A stretch of DNA of 22,796 nucleotides from Chiloscyllium plagiosum (taxonomy: Eukaryota). The notes under the pieces are model-generated. The model was not told where the DNA came from and made no database searches. It saw only the letters and a program-made list of their open reading frames with translations. This document shows positions 10,279 to 21,516 of the stretch, piece by piece. Position numbers and translations under genes: made by a program. The stretch is taken from contig NC_057750.1 in assembly GCF_004010195.1 (NCBI RefSeq), forward strand, positions 18,366,362 to 18,389,157, written 5' to 3'. The number at the start of each line of letters is the position of its first letter. Position 1 is the first letter of the stretch.

Positions 10279-10390
10279 CATTAGTAAGTAGGTTTTCAGA
10301 TGACGCAAAAATTGTTGGTGATGTTGATAGTGAGCAGGATGGTCTCAGACGACAGTCAATGTTGATCAACTGGTAAATTAGCACAGGCAC
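10279..10390 (+). mobile_element. Small CR1 RT fragment
   Basis: attagtaag..ttttcagatgacgcaaaaattgttggtgatgttgatagtgagcag = IS(K)FSDDAKIVGDVDSEQDGLRRQ, a decayed FADDTK motif. Confidence 0.65.
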
Positions 10391-11189
10391 AGGCAGCCTG
10401 TCATCATTGGCAGCGGTGATCAGTCAAGGGTGTGAATATGTTGCTGTATGTCACCTTGTTACATCTATCTCATACTTGCATCATATGCCAATAGCCCATG
10501 TGACAAACATATGTTGTCTGCACTTTTGACATTTTGACCAGATTATGTATTAAAATCACTTTACCCAAGTGCTTTTGCTGGTGAGTTAGACAACTCGATT
10601 TTGTTAACAAAATATTCCTTAGTAAAACTCAATACGAGCATTCCCAAAATTTCCACAATATGTATTCTCTATCTAGCACTATCTGACTGAAAAGGGATAT
10701 TACCTACGATGATCCATGTTTGAGGTGGGCCATTGCAGTTTCCTTCCACTCCAATGCAGGGCTGGCTTTATTCTATGAAGCTGGGTCTCACAGGTCAGGG
10801 CAGATCTTCTCTTGGATCTTTTTGGGTTTCTGGGTGGTCTTCTGCCACACGTTTTTCCATGATTAATCGCCGAGTCTTCACTTTGTGACTGAGAGAGGTG
10901 GTGTCCAGGTTTGTGTTCTTATCCCATCATCCCGATCTTGAGAATGTTCTGTGGCCTTTGCCAAATGGATGGTGGCTCCTTTTTAATTTTGTTTAATCAG
11001 TTATCTGTCAGGCCTGATTTCTCCAGCTTAGATCAATTTAGAATGTCTGATTTTGGGCCCATGGTCATTTGACTAAATACTGCACATGCTTCAGCTAAGC
11101 AGCCATGTTTCAAAGTCTAAGGGATGTGGTTCTCAGACAAGTCAAGGAAGAATATCAGTCCAGGGAATTGGCCACTTGAGCAGGTTAGG

Positions 11190-11995
11190 GCCAGAGTTCC
11201 ATATTGTGAGCATCTACACTATAGGTCCATGTATCCAAAGCGAGCTTGCTGAACCTTGATGTCCAAGGCAGCAGTCAACTAGTGCATACAGAAAGCTAGA
11301 TGGTCACATGCCAGAGGTACCATGGTGCAAATTAGCATCAGTGCAGTCCTCCAACTTTTGAGATAGCTTTCCCAGTGATTCCAGAAAACCTGCCTGCTTT
11401 CTGTTTCTATTTATGCTTTACAATGGAGATCTGAATTGATGACAACATAAGATCATCTTTTGCCTCAGGATGAATAGGTGCCTGGTGACTGGCATTCCTC
11501 TAATTGCCAGCTACCTGGGATGTTGTTCCGCACCTGATTGTGATATGGCAGTGATCTTCTCTCCAGCTGGTGCTCCGAATTCTAATCTGGCTAAAATACC
11601 CACCAAGGTGTCAGTATTTGAGAATGTGGAGGGGGCAGCCGTACAAATGCATTCTCTGAGGCTTTCTGAGGAGGGAGTGTCTTGCAGGGTCAGCCTGTTA
11701 GCTGAGGATACTTTGCAGTATCTACTGACATCTGCTGGGACAACAGGGTAAAAGGGCCTTGAAAATGGGGGAGACATTTATGAACATTAAGAGAATATTC
11801 ACAGTGGCGATGATGGGAGAGATTCTTACTTGTTGTTGAGACATGGAGGTTTCAGCATCTCAACCCGAGTGGGCTCACTCATCAGAATGTTCTCCTCACA
11901 GGGGTGAGCAATTGTATGTTGAGCACCCCCACCATCTATCTTGGCTCTCTCCACCCAATGTACATTTCTTAAATCAATGTGGGCCATTTTATCTT
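11190..11995 (-). pseudogene. Decayed, intron-containing Myb/SANT-like ORF2 of a PIF/Harbinger-type DNA transposon
   Basis: Minus strand: acceptor-like ctccctttgtcctgttccaag, then DKMAH..ERAK..GGGVLNIQLLTP(fs)EENIL..DAETSMSQQQ|gtaag (11829); ~95-nt intron ending ttttaccctgttgtcccag (11735); then Ser/Thr-rich APSTFSNTDTLVG..GE segment and a coiled-coil-like tail. Confidence 0.55.
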
Positions 11996-12171
11996 GGAAC
12001 AGGACAAAGGGAGAGATTAAATGAGATGGAAGTGAATAGCTCAGTTGTTAATGCTGCTGCATGGTGGAGTGGGGTAGGAGCAGTGGTGAGATGTACTGGG
12101 TGAGTAGGCAGCTCATGCAGGGTTAAGAGTGACTGAGGGAAGACCTATATAATAGTGAGAATCGGAAGATA

Positions 12172-12458
12172 TTGGCTTGGTGGTATTATTGCTGGGCTAT
12201 TAATCCAGAGACCCAGGTAAATGTTTTGGGGACCAAGTTTGAATCCCATCACAGAAGATGGTGAAGTTTGAATTTCAATAAAAATCTGAAATTAAGAATC
12301 CAATGATGACCATGAAACCACTGTTGATTGGCAGAAAAATCTGGTTCACTCATGTCCTTTAGGGAAGGAAATTGCCACCCTTACCTGGTCTGGACTACAT
12401 GTGATTCCAGATCCACAGACTCTTAGCTGCCCCCTGGTCAATTAGGATTGGATAATAA
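12172..12458 (+). mobile_element. tRNA-derived SINE of a second shark family
   Basis: A-box-like tggcttggtggt, B-box-like gtttgaatccc, conserved-looking core tgtcctttagggaaggaaattgccacccttacctggtctggactacatgtga, and tail caattaggattggataataa related to the LINE end at 2436-2455. Confidence 0.7.
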
Positions 12459-12524
12459 GTCTTTGAAAATTATGTGTACAGGAAATATAGACTGCAAATT
12501 TGCATACAAATGAAGCATGCACAA

Positions 12525-13030
12525 CCCTCTAGTGTAGAGGGTTCCAAAGATTTATAATCCTATTAAGGAATTTCTCCTCATCTGAGTCTGAAATCATTAG
12601 CACTTTACCCTGAGACTGTGCTCCTGTTCTGGATTTCCCTGCCTTGGGGAAATAACCTCTCAGTTTCTTCCCTGTTGAAATCTTGTGTGTTTCAATGAAC
12701 TGTACCACCTCCAAATATCTTTATATCATCAGCAAATTTGAGTGTAATACAGTCTCATTCTTCATATACATTATTAAAATGTATCTCAATATTTGAGTAA
12801 CCAGGAAAGATCCCTAAAGCACTCCAGTAGTTGCACTTTGCCAACTTGAACAGAGCCCATTTCTGCTTACTCTGTTTCATATTGGTTGACTAATCCTATG
12901 TCAATGTTACTATATCACCACCAACACCAGCAGCTTTTTTCCTGTGCAATAACCTTTTATATGGCACCTTAATAAATGTCTTTTGGATATCTCAGTGCAT
13001 TACGTTTACTGGTTGTGTTTTATGCACCCT
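12525..13030 (-). mobile_element. Old CR1 LINE fragments (3' end plus RT core, internally deleted)
   Basis: Minus strand: ..KFADDIK (12720-12740), ..EEKFLNRIINLWNPL, and IQKTFIKVPYKRLL near 12950-12990. Confidence 0.75.
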
Positions 13031-13044
13031 GCAATAATTACATC

Positions 13045-13400
13045 AGTGCTGTATTCAATTCTGGGTGTAACACCTTAGCATCAATGTCACAGCCTTTGAT
13101 AGTATGAAGACGAGATTATCCAGAATGGTAACTCAAATTACAACCTTCAGTTCTATGTAAAAGTTGGAGTTGAAAAGCAAAGCAAAATAAAGTTAAATTA
13201 ACTTATCATGAAGAACTTTCACATTAATTATGGAAAAAGTGTTTTCAATGGCAGAAGCATTAGTAATCAGCTGACACAGATTCAAGATAATTACCAAAAG
13301 ATGTTTTTAAAAATCAATTGTGTTGTGATGTTCTGGGATGCATTGCCTGAATGCAGGTGGAAGCTGCATTGTTGAGTATCATGACAGCAAGAAATAATTT
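13045..13400 (+). mobile_element. Very old CR1 3' fragment
   Basis: agtgctgtattcaattctggg (YCVQFW-like), gagattatccagaatggta, tgtgatgttctgggatgcattgcctgaa (VW.ALPE-like). Confidence 0.5.
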
Positions 13401-13404
13401 AGAA

Positions 13405-13527
13405 ATTTAGAGTCATGGAGTATGCAAACCGACCACATTACAGAAGAGGAAGTTCGGGAGATCTTACAGAATATAAAGGTGAATACATCTGTGGGAGCTG
13501 ATCTAACGTATTCCAAAACATTGTAGC
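13405..13527 (+). mobile_element. CR1 ORF2 fragment (pre-RT region)
   Basis: HITEEEVREILQNIKVNTSVGADLTYSKTL, a decayed version of ..KVDKSPGPDQIYPRTL. Confidence 0.65.
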
Positions 13528-14670
13528 AAGACCTCACACTTATCGATATTAAACTCCATTTGCCATTTTTCAGCCCACTTCCCCAGCTTATCAAGGTCCT
13601 ACTGCAATTTCTGATAACCTTCCTCATTGTCCACGATACCTCCTATTTTCATGTCATCTACAAATTTACTACTCATGCATTGTACATTCTCACCCAAATC
13701 ATAGATACAGATAACAAGCAGCACCAATCCCTGAGGCACTTCTCTAGTCACAGGCCTTCATTTCCACAAGCATCCTTCCACTATTCCTCTCTGCTCTCTA
13801 CCATCAAGCACATTGTGCATCCAGCTTACCAGCTCCCCCAGATTCTGTGTGATCGAATCTTCCAGAGCAGCCTACCATGCGGAACCTCATTAAAGGCTTT
13901 ACTGAAATCCACATAGACTACATCTTCAACCCTGTCCTCATCAACATTCCTGGTCACTTCATCAAAGAACTCTAATGAATCTGTGAGGCATGATCTTCTA
14001 CACAGAAAGCCATGCTGATTATTCCTAATCAAACCCTGTCTTTCAAAACGCATGTATATCATATCTCTCAGAATCTTCTCAAGTAACTTATCCACCACAG
14101 ATGTTACTGGTCTATAGTTCTCAGGTTTTTCTTTACAGCCCTTCTTGAATAAGGGCACATTTGCTACCCTCCACTCTTCTGGGATTCACCCATTGCTAAA
14201 ATAATGATGCAAAAATATCAGCCAGGGTCCCTGCAATTTCTTCTCTGGTCTCTTGCAGTGTTCTTGGATATATGTGGGTGGCACGGTGGCACAGTGGTTA
14301 GCACTGCTGCCTCACAGCGCCAGAGACCAGGGTTCAATTCCGTTCTCCCCGTGTCTACGTGGGTTTCCTCCGGGTGCTCCGGTTTCCTCCCACAGTCCAA
14401 AAATGTGCAGGTTAGGTGAATTGGCCATGCTAAATTGCCCGTAGTGTTAGGTAAGGGGTAAATGTAGGGGTATGGGTGGGTTGCGCTTCGGCGGGTCAGT
14501 GTGGACTTGTTGGGCCGAAGGGTCTATTTTCACACTGTAATGTAATCTAATCTAATCTATATCTGGTCAGGACCAGGAGATTTATCCACCTTCATATATT
14601 CTAATACATCCAACACTGATGTGGACTGTCCCCAAGATATGACTACTAACTTCCCCAAATTTCCAAGTCT
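13528..14670 (-). mobile_element. CR1 LINE ORF2 fragment interrupted by a HE1 SINE
   Basis: MKVDKSPGPDQI|SINE|YPRT..PLFKKGCKEKPENYRPV..NQHGF..SCLT..EFFDEVT..VYVDFSKAFNEVPHGRLL..KFVDDMKI. Confidence 0.92.
14276..14557 (+). mobile_element. HE1-type V-SINE with ~33-nt internal deletion, inserted in CR1
   Basis: Closely matches 2514-2820; flanked by tatat at 14269-14273 and 14558-14562 (candidate target-site duplication). Confidence 0.92.
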
Positions 14671-15255
14671 TCAAAAATGCCATTCCCTAATTTGTCAGTG
14701 ATGTTATAGTCAAATTATGCTGCCGAAATGCATGTTACCCCAGAATTACCTGTATTTTCATATGGAGGTAGTTACTACTCAATGATACAATCATTCATAA
14801 AATTGGCAAGGACAAAGTATCCTCAAGATGGATACAGTTAAAGAGAGCTGGATAAATTTTGAGTCCATATATGATGTTACTTTACAGTTATTGAGTGAGG
14901 TGAGCTGTGGATAGGGGACTGCAGGATAATGAAAAGCACAAATTATGGAACCTGAATTTGGAATATACTGAATTTTAGAGCAAATTATGTAAATAGATTA
15001 ACTGAAAAAAATGTCAACAATATTCTGATTGCTTCAGTCAGGTGGCAGCAGTAATTAAAACTAAAGCGCACAGAAAGATGCAAGTGTTAGAACAGAAATG
15101 AATCAACAAACAGCCAGCAAGTCTGGCACTCTCTCTCTCCTCTCTCCCTCTTGCAGCTTTTAAGGGCCCTCACCACATGATCACCAACAAGCAGTAAGAA
15201 CAGGATCCTCAACCCCACGAATAGATTAAGGTTGAATGTAAACAAATGTGACACG

Positions 15256-15860
15256 TGTTATGCACCAGGCCAGGCCCCCTCAAATCATTTCAAGAAGCTA
15301 GGCCAGATCCTAACTTGTCTAGCTGTTTTGAGCAGGTGTAAAGCGAATATTTCAGGAGTGACCCAGCTTGTCAAAACCCCTTGGTTTTAAACAAAACAGA
15401 ATTTAATTACAGAGTACTGAATGAAAGAGAACAGAATACAGAAAAAACGTAACCTATCCAAAAACCCAATAGATTATCACAACTTAATGATGCTGTTTCA
15501 AATTCCTGCAACAATCCCCATAAACAGCCCTTGGCAAACAAAAGGTAAAATCAAACACAGGGTCTTACAGGAGAGATGTCAGAGAGAGGTAGGATCAACA
15601 TGGACCTTCTTCTTTGGGTCCAGCAGCTTCAAAACTGACTGCTTGCTCTGAACATCTATACTGCTAAACCCAAACCAAACCAGAGTAAAATTAGGAGAAC
15701 TGGCCACTCTCCTTCCATTGTACAAGTTTGCTTTTTAAAACTCAAAAGCTTCTTTAAGTAGATAAACACAGACAAAATGGAGCCTCTGTCTTTACATCCC
15801 CTCTGAAAGAAAAGAAACCCAAGGACCACCTAACCTTGTTAAAGGAACAACACTGTCACA
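15256..15860 (-). mobile_element. Solo LTR (~605 bp), probably Gypsy-type
   Basis: TG..CA termini (tgttatg..tgtcaca); flanks cacg / tgcg are both one CpG transition from cgcg; minus-strand AATTAAA near 15402-15408; no internal coding sequence adjacent. Confidence 0.65.
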
Positions 15861-16789
15861 TGCGTTTGTGCCGTGACTGTAATTAAGAATATTACTACTA
15901 TTAGTATAACTATGAAAACGTTAATGCTCTGTGAGGTCTTCTCAACCTTGATCCCATTGGAGGCAGACAGGCAAGTGGTGAAATGAGAACATAATGTTTA
16001 CATGACTTGCTGATTCCATCATGATCTTGAACATACATCACTGATAGGATCTATTTACGGGTTGGTCTCCAAAGGCAATTATGATAATTAGTTTGATGAT
16101 ACATCCTTATTGTCATATTGTTCATGTTAATGATGATTATTTTCATTGTAGATTTAAGTTTCTGGTGTAGGTTATATACTGTTATTTTACAGTCTCACAC
16201 AGTTATCGCTGATTTGTGTCTGCATGTGCAATTGTAACATACGCAATTGTATTATCAACGGGGTGGATTGTATAGGATGGGTTAGAATTGTTGATGACAT
16301 TCCACACCTGTGTGACCTTGAAGAAGTCCTGTGATAGGTGACTCAAATTTCTTTATGTGCCAAAGACAGCACATATCAACTTCTTTTTCTGTACTTGTGG
16401 CTCATTGCACTGTACGAGTGAGAGAGCTTTGTTCTGAATCATTGGTCTTCCCCTTGGACCGGGACCGTGCACAGTGTCAAGAATGAACTAAGCCTTCAGA
16501 CCAGCTGTTGTTTGAGGAGTCCCTGATGGGCATAAGGGCATGAGACTTATTGTTGTTTACCTTTCCTTTTCATTTTTTAAATTTACTTATTAAGTGTTCA
16601 TATTTAAGTACATTTCTGTTGTTGAGCCTTCTCTTAACCACATTTCATCAAACCCATTTGGATATATTTTGTGATCTAAGACAACGTATTGTGCTGTGAT
16701 CCAGATCTTAACTGTTTACTGCATAAAAATATCTTTCATCATGTCATGTTCTTTTTTTGAATTCCACCTTAAATCTGTGCCCTCCAATT

Positions 16790-17821
16790 TTGATCCAATT
16801 TTTTGAGGATGTAACTATGAAGATGGACGAGGGAGATTCAGTAGATGTAGTGTACCTGGACTTTCAGAAAGCTTTTGATAAAGTCCCACATAGGAGGTTA
16901 GTGAGCAAAGTTAGGGCACATGGTATTGGGGGCAAAATACTAACTTGGATTGAAAGTTGGTTAGCTGATAGGAAATGAAGAGTAGTGATAAACGGCTCCA
17001 TTTCGGAATGGCACGCAGTGACCAGTGGGGTACCGCAGGGATGAGTACTTGGACGGCAGCTTTTTACAATATATGTTAATGATATAGAAGATGGTATTAG
17101 TAATAACATTAGCAAATTTGCTGATGATACTAAGCTGGGTGGCAGGGTGAAATGTGATGAGGATGTTAGGAGATTACAGGGTGACCTGGACAAGTTAGGT
17201 GAGTGGTCAGATGCATGGCAGATGCAGTTTAATATGGATAAATGTATGGTTATCCACTTTAGTGGCAAGAACAGGAAGATAGATTACTACCTACAGGGAA
17301 GCAATTTAGGTAAAGGGGCAGTACAAAAAGATCTGGGTGTTCTTGTACANNNNNNNNNNNNNNNNNNNNNNNNNNNNNNNNNNNNNNNNNNNNNNNNNNN
17401 NNNNNNNNNNNNNNNNNNNNNNNNNNNNNNNNNNNNNNNNNNNNNNNNNNNNNNNNNNNNNNNNNNNNNNNNNNNNNNNNNNNNNNNNNNNNNNNNNNNN
17501 NNNNNNNNNNNNNNNNNNNNNNNAACCAGAGGACAAAGCTTAAAAATACGGGGTAGGCCATTTAGGACAGAGATGAGGAGAAACTTCTTCACCCAGAGAG
17601 TGGTGGCTGTGTGGAATGCTCTGCCCCAGAGGGCAATGGAGGCCCAGTCTCTGGATTCATTTAAGAAAGAGTTGGATAGAGCACTCAAGGATTGTGGTAT
17701 CAAGGGTTATGGAGATAAGGCAGGAACAGGATACTGATTAAGGATGATCAGCCATGATCATATTGAATGGTGGTGCAGGCTCGAAGGACAGAATGGCCTA
17801 CTCCTGCACCTATTGTCTATT
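16790..17821 (+). mobile_element. 5'-truncated CR1 (HER1-like) LINE, relatively young, spanning an assembly gap
   Basis: QFFEDVTMKMDEGDSVDVVYLDFQKAFDKVPHRRL..SGVPQG*VLG..ISKFADDTKLGG..TRGQSLKIRGRPFRTEMRRNFFTQRVV; 3' UTR ends gaatggcctactcctgcacctattgtctatt. Confidence 0.95.
17350..17523. other. Assembly gap (174 N)
   Basis: Run of n characters; CR1 sequence is colinear on both sides. Confidence 0.99.
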
Positions 17822-17906
17822 ACTGGGAATATTTTTCCTTCTGCACTCTGTATAGATTTTCTACATGATTTTGCATATCTTGATCAAATCTTCACCAAAC
17901 TTACTT

Positions 17907-19112
17907 TTGAATTGAATTGAACTAATTGTCACATGTACCGAAGCACAGTGAAAAGCTTTGTCTTGCGAGCAATACAGGCAGATCAGAGTTAAGTAGCATA
18001 GATAAGTAAATAATGGGTAAACAGCGGCAAAAACGAAAATGCAGGTACAGGCGAATGTTAAGAATTTGTGAGTCCATTCATTATTCTAACAACTGTAGGA
18101 GAGAAACTGTTACGAAACTGGCTGGTGCATGTGTTCAGGCTTCTGTACCTTCTCCCTGATTGTAGACGTTGTAGAAAAACTTTGCCAGAATGGGATGCAT
18201 CTTTGAGAATGGGCCTGGTAGATGGATTCTATAGATGGGAGGTTGGCCTTTGTGATTGTCTGGGCTGAGTTCATCACTCTCTGTATGGTACAGTTGCTAT
18301 ACCAGGTAGTAATACATCCAGACAGAATGCATGGTGCACTTATAAAAGTTGGCAAGGGTATTCGCCGTCATGCCAAATTTCCTCAGCTGCCTGAGGAAGA
18401 ATAGACATTGTTGGGCCTTTGTAACCAGTGCGTCCTCATGAAGAGAGTCCAAGAAAGCTTGTTGTGGATGACCACTCCCTGGAGCTTGACACTCTCCACT
18501 CGTTCCACCTCTATGCTGTTAATGTGTAGAGGGGCATGAGTAACATCCCGCCGAAAGTCAATAATGGTTTCCTTGGTTTTGCTGGCATTGAGAGCTAGGT
18601 TGTTCTCAGTGCACCATTTTTCCAGGTCTTCCACCTCCTGTCTGTAGTCTGTTTCATCACCATCTGAGATTCGACCGATAATGGTGGTATCATCAGCGAA
18701 CTTATAAATGGCGTTAGTCTGGTATTTGGCAATGCTGTCATGGGTATACACTGAGTACAGTAGGTGGCTGAGTATGCACCCCTGGGGGGCTCCAGTGTTG
18801 AGTGTTAGTGAGGATGAAATATTATCCCAAATCTTCACTGGTTGTGGTCTGTGGGTCAGGAAACTTAGGATCCAGTTGCAGAGAGTGGGGCTTAGTCTGA
18901 GATCACTTTTAGTAATCAGTTTCGAGGGGATAACAGTGTTGAAGGTTGAATTGTAGTCAATGAGTAGGATTCTTACGCAGCTGTTCTTGGTGTCAAGATG
19001 TTCTCGGGAGGAGTGAAGGGCAAGTGATATGGCATCTGACATGGATCTGTTGGTCTGATAGGCAAACTGGAGTGTGCCAAGAGTGGTGGGGAGGCTGGAG
19101 TTGATTAATGCC
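17907..19112 (-). mobile_element. 5'-truncated Rex1/Babar-type LINE (RT to 3' tail)
   Basis: LQFAYQTNRSMSDAISLALH..RILLIDYNSTFNTVIP..TGAPQGCILSHLLYSVYTHD..KFADDTTIIG..LNASKTKE..; CILSGCITTWYSN; 3' end cttttcactgtgcttcggtacatgtgacaa + (ttcaa)n tail. Confidence 0.88.
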
Positions 19113-19228
19113 ATTTCTCCAAGGAGAACAACCCAGGCTTTTTTTAAATTGTGGATTGAAATGAGAAAATAACAATTTTAAAACCAAGGATTGGTACATG
19201 GTTTGAAAGTAAAAAACTTGATACTAAT

Positions 19229-20052
19229 TGTGAATACTATTTCCATAGCTGTGGGTGACACCAATGGTGACATGCAAACTGAAGCTGAATGGTTGTGTAC
19301 AAATGTAGCCTTGGTTGGTAACAAGTAATAGAATGATTTATTGACTCATGACCAATTAGCACAGATAAAGGTCTTCTAACTGGCAACAACTATGTGATGG
19401 GTTCTTAAGTAGTTGAACAGTTTGGGACTGTAAACAAGGTGGAGTCAGACCTTTGGACCCCCACCAGTTACCACCAGTTTAGGAGTTTAGCAGTAATCCA
19501 CCTGAAGTCTGATGAAAAAAAAACAATTTTATCTTTCATTCAGCACTTACTGTAAGGTGTGACTTTTAGTTGATAAATCACAGAGTTTTCATAAGTGAAT
19601 CAGCTCCTTTGTACTTTTTTACAAATCAATGGAAACATCTGGAGAATAACAACTGAAAAGCAACTTTTGACCAGCAGAAGAATCATAGGAATCATCTCAG
19701 CAATCCTTGTGAAATGGAAGCAGTGAACTGCTTTCCCTTTGTTCATTCCTGTACTTTTAATGTCTGTATCTGTATGTATGCAAAGGGGAGTTTATAAGGG
19801 AGTTAGAGTTTTAACTAGTAGAGTTATATGCTGATAGTTCATAATTGTTTACCTGTAGCTAGAATCTAATTGCTTATAATAAATTGTAATTTTTGTTAAG
19901 TACAAAAAAACTGGTGTATGCTTTGTCACCTGGGTGTGGATATCAGGTGAATTGAAGAGTCTGCATTTATAAAAAAAATCTTTTAAAGAAACTTTCATGA
20001 TAACTCTGGGAATAGCAGGTCTTGATTTCCAGTGTCCCAGTGAGGTGTGACA
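19229..20052 (+). mobile_element. Probable solo LTR (5' boundary uncertain)
   Basis: Ends ..cccagtgaggtgtgaCA (20052); AATAAA at 19878-19883 followed by T/GT-rich sequence; TATAA at ~19793; non-coding. No clear TSD found. Confidence 0.5.
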
Positions 20053-20234
20053 AGATTAAATAATAAGTTTCAGGACAGCTTTGGATAAATAAAGAAAGAC
20101 TATGAAGAAAGATCAAGGGATTGCAACTCATTGATAATACACTGAAGAATCTGCACAGGCACGAAGATGTGAATGGTACCTTCCAACTGTGGACTAGTTT
20201 TTGCCAAAATTCTGCGACCAACACCAGGCACTCA

Positions 20235-20925
20235 TTCCCCTCCCTTCTCTCATCCACATCTTACAGGAACCATTCCCTCCTGGATAGACTCATCCACTCC
20301 TCGAACAACTCACCACACCTTCCTTTCAGAAGAAGCAGTATTTCATTCAATCTAAGCTCTGTATGGAAAAATGTCCCCAAACTTCCACTTGTATGCTACT
20401 CCAACGCACCACTATGTTCCCATGCCAACATTTCTGTCCCAGGCTTGCTGTTGTGCTCTGGTGAAGCTCAATATCAGGGGAAGGAATAACACTTCATCTT
20501 CTATTTAGATAGGACTCAACACTGAGTTTAACAATTTCAAAGCATGAACACCTTCCTCCATATTTGCTACCCTTCTCCACACCTCTAGGTCCTGCTCTGT
20601 ATGGGTTGTTCTGAGCTATCCTATTTTCACTAATCACACTTCCCATTAGCATTTATTTAGCATTTATTTCTTGCCTGACTTATCATCAGCACTCCTTGTT
20701 TCTGTTTCTAATTTCCCTCCCTCAATGTGTACCTTCTTTATCTATTCGAAAAACTCCATTCCGTCCCCCAACCTCACACCAATACTACTATTTTCCAGCT
20801 GCTTTTCAGTGGTGACGAAGGGCCACTGGACTCGAAATGTTAACTGTTTTTCTTTCCACAGATGCCGCCAGACCTGCTGAACTTCTCGAGCACTTTTAGC
20901 TTCAGATCTCCAACATCCGCAGTTG
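20235..20925 (+). mobile_element. Decayed Penelope-like element, 3' part (GIY-YIG C-terminus + terminal repeat region)
   Basis: YRNHSLLDRLIHS..LPLVCYSNAPLCSHANISVPGLL..EAQ..E*HFIF..GLNTEFNNF; terminal segment with decayed hammerhead motif and cagatgccgccagacctgctga..ctccaacatccgcagt. Confidence 0.75.
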
Positions 20926-20936
20926 TGTCATTAAAC

Positions 20937-21385
20937 GACCGCCTGAAGGCAATGGCAACTGTCCCTACCCAGAATGCTCAGCGAGACAGAAGGCGCTCTG
21001 GTTCCCGCAGAAGGGCGGTTCTGCGCAGGCGCACGGCTTGCCCGCCCCCGCGATGACCGCACGCCGAGCGACGCATGCGCAGTGCGACACCAGGCGGCTG
21101 AACGTGCGACCGACGAAAGCATCGAGAAGATCTGAATCGCGGCCCCGAATCAGAGTTACTGGGTCCCCAGGACCCGAGGGAAGGGGTGCACCATTAAATA
21201 GATGGTCTTGCGCCTCCCCGATTCGAGCCGCCGTCTCACGCTTTCTTCTCTCATTTTCACCGAGTCTGACGCATAACAAAGGGACCGTCCAGAAGACCTC
21301 ACGCATGTGCATGGAGAGCCGGTGTACAATGGATAGAGCGGTTTCCGAGCCGCGAGGAATTGTGGGAACTGCAGCCGCTATTAAC
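20937..21385. promoter_or_regulatory. CpG island promoter, inverted paralog of 5330-5838; ZNF143 and NRF1-type motifs
   Basis: High CpG density; TACCCAGAATGC (20966-20977); minus-strand GCTGCAGTTCCCACAATTCC (21356-21375); TGCGCAGGCGCA (21022-21033) and ACGCATGCGCA (21071-21081); possible donor GTGAGT at 21464. Confidence 0.8.
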
Positions 21386-21516
21386 GAAGCCTTTTATGTG
21401 GAATTGTGGATTAGACTGGAATAGAGATCGGCCAGAAAACTGTCGGTTTAACTTTGAGTACATGTGAGTATAGTCATACCAAATAATTTCAGCCGTAAAA
21501 TTGTAAAAGGTGATAC

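Noticed and set aside
13405..13527. Plus-strand CR1 piece as a 5' inversion of the adjacent minus-strand CR1
   Set aside because: It covers the same KVDKSPGPD region already present at ~14565-14615 and is clearly diverged from it, so more likely a separate insertion.
15247..15860. Perfect 7-bp inverted termini tgtgaca..tgtcaca as alternative LTR/TIR boundary
   Set aside because: Flanks (caaa / tgcg) give no TSD; the 15256 boundary gives a better, CpG-decayed TSD.
15930..16550. Faint LINE-like (RTE/Tx1-type) coding traces
   Set aside because: Too decayed to support by eye; needs a profile search.
17259..17703. Several ORFs spanning X runs
   Set aside because: Artefacts of translating through the N gap.
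20931..21424. Overlapping Arg/Ala-rich ORFs on both strands
   Set aside because: Typical CpG-island open frames, no domain, and indels relative to the paralogous promoter break the frames.
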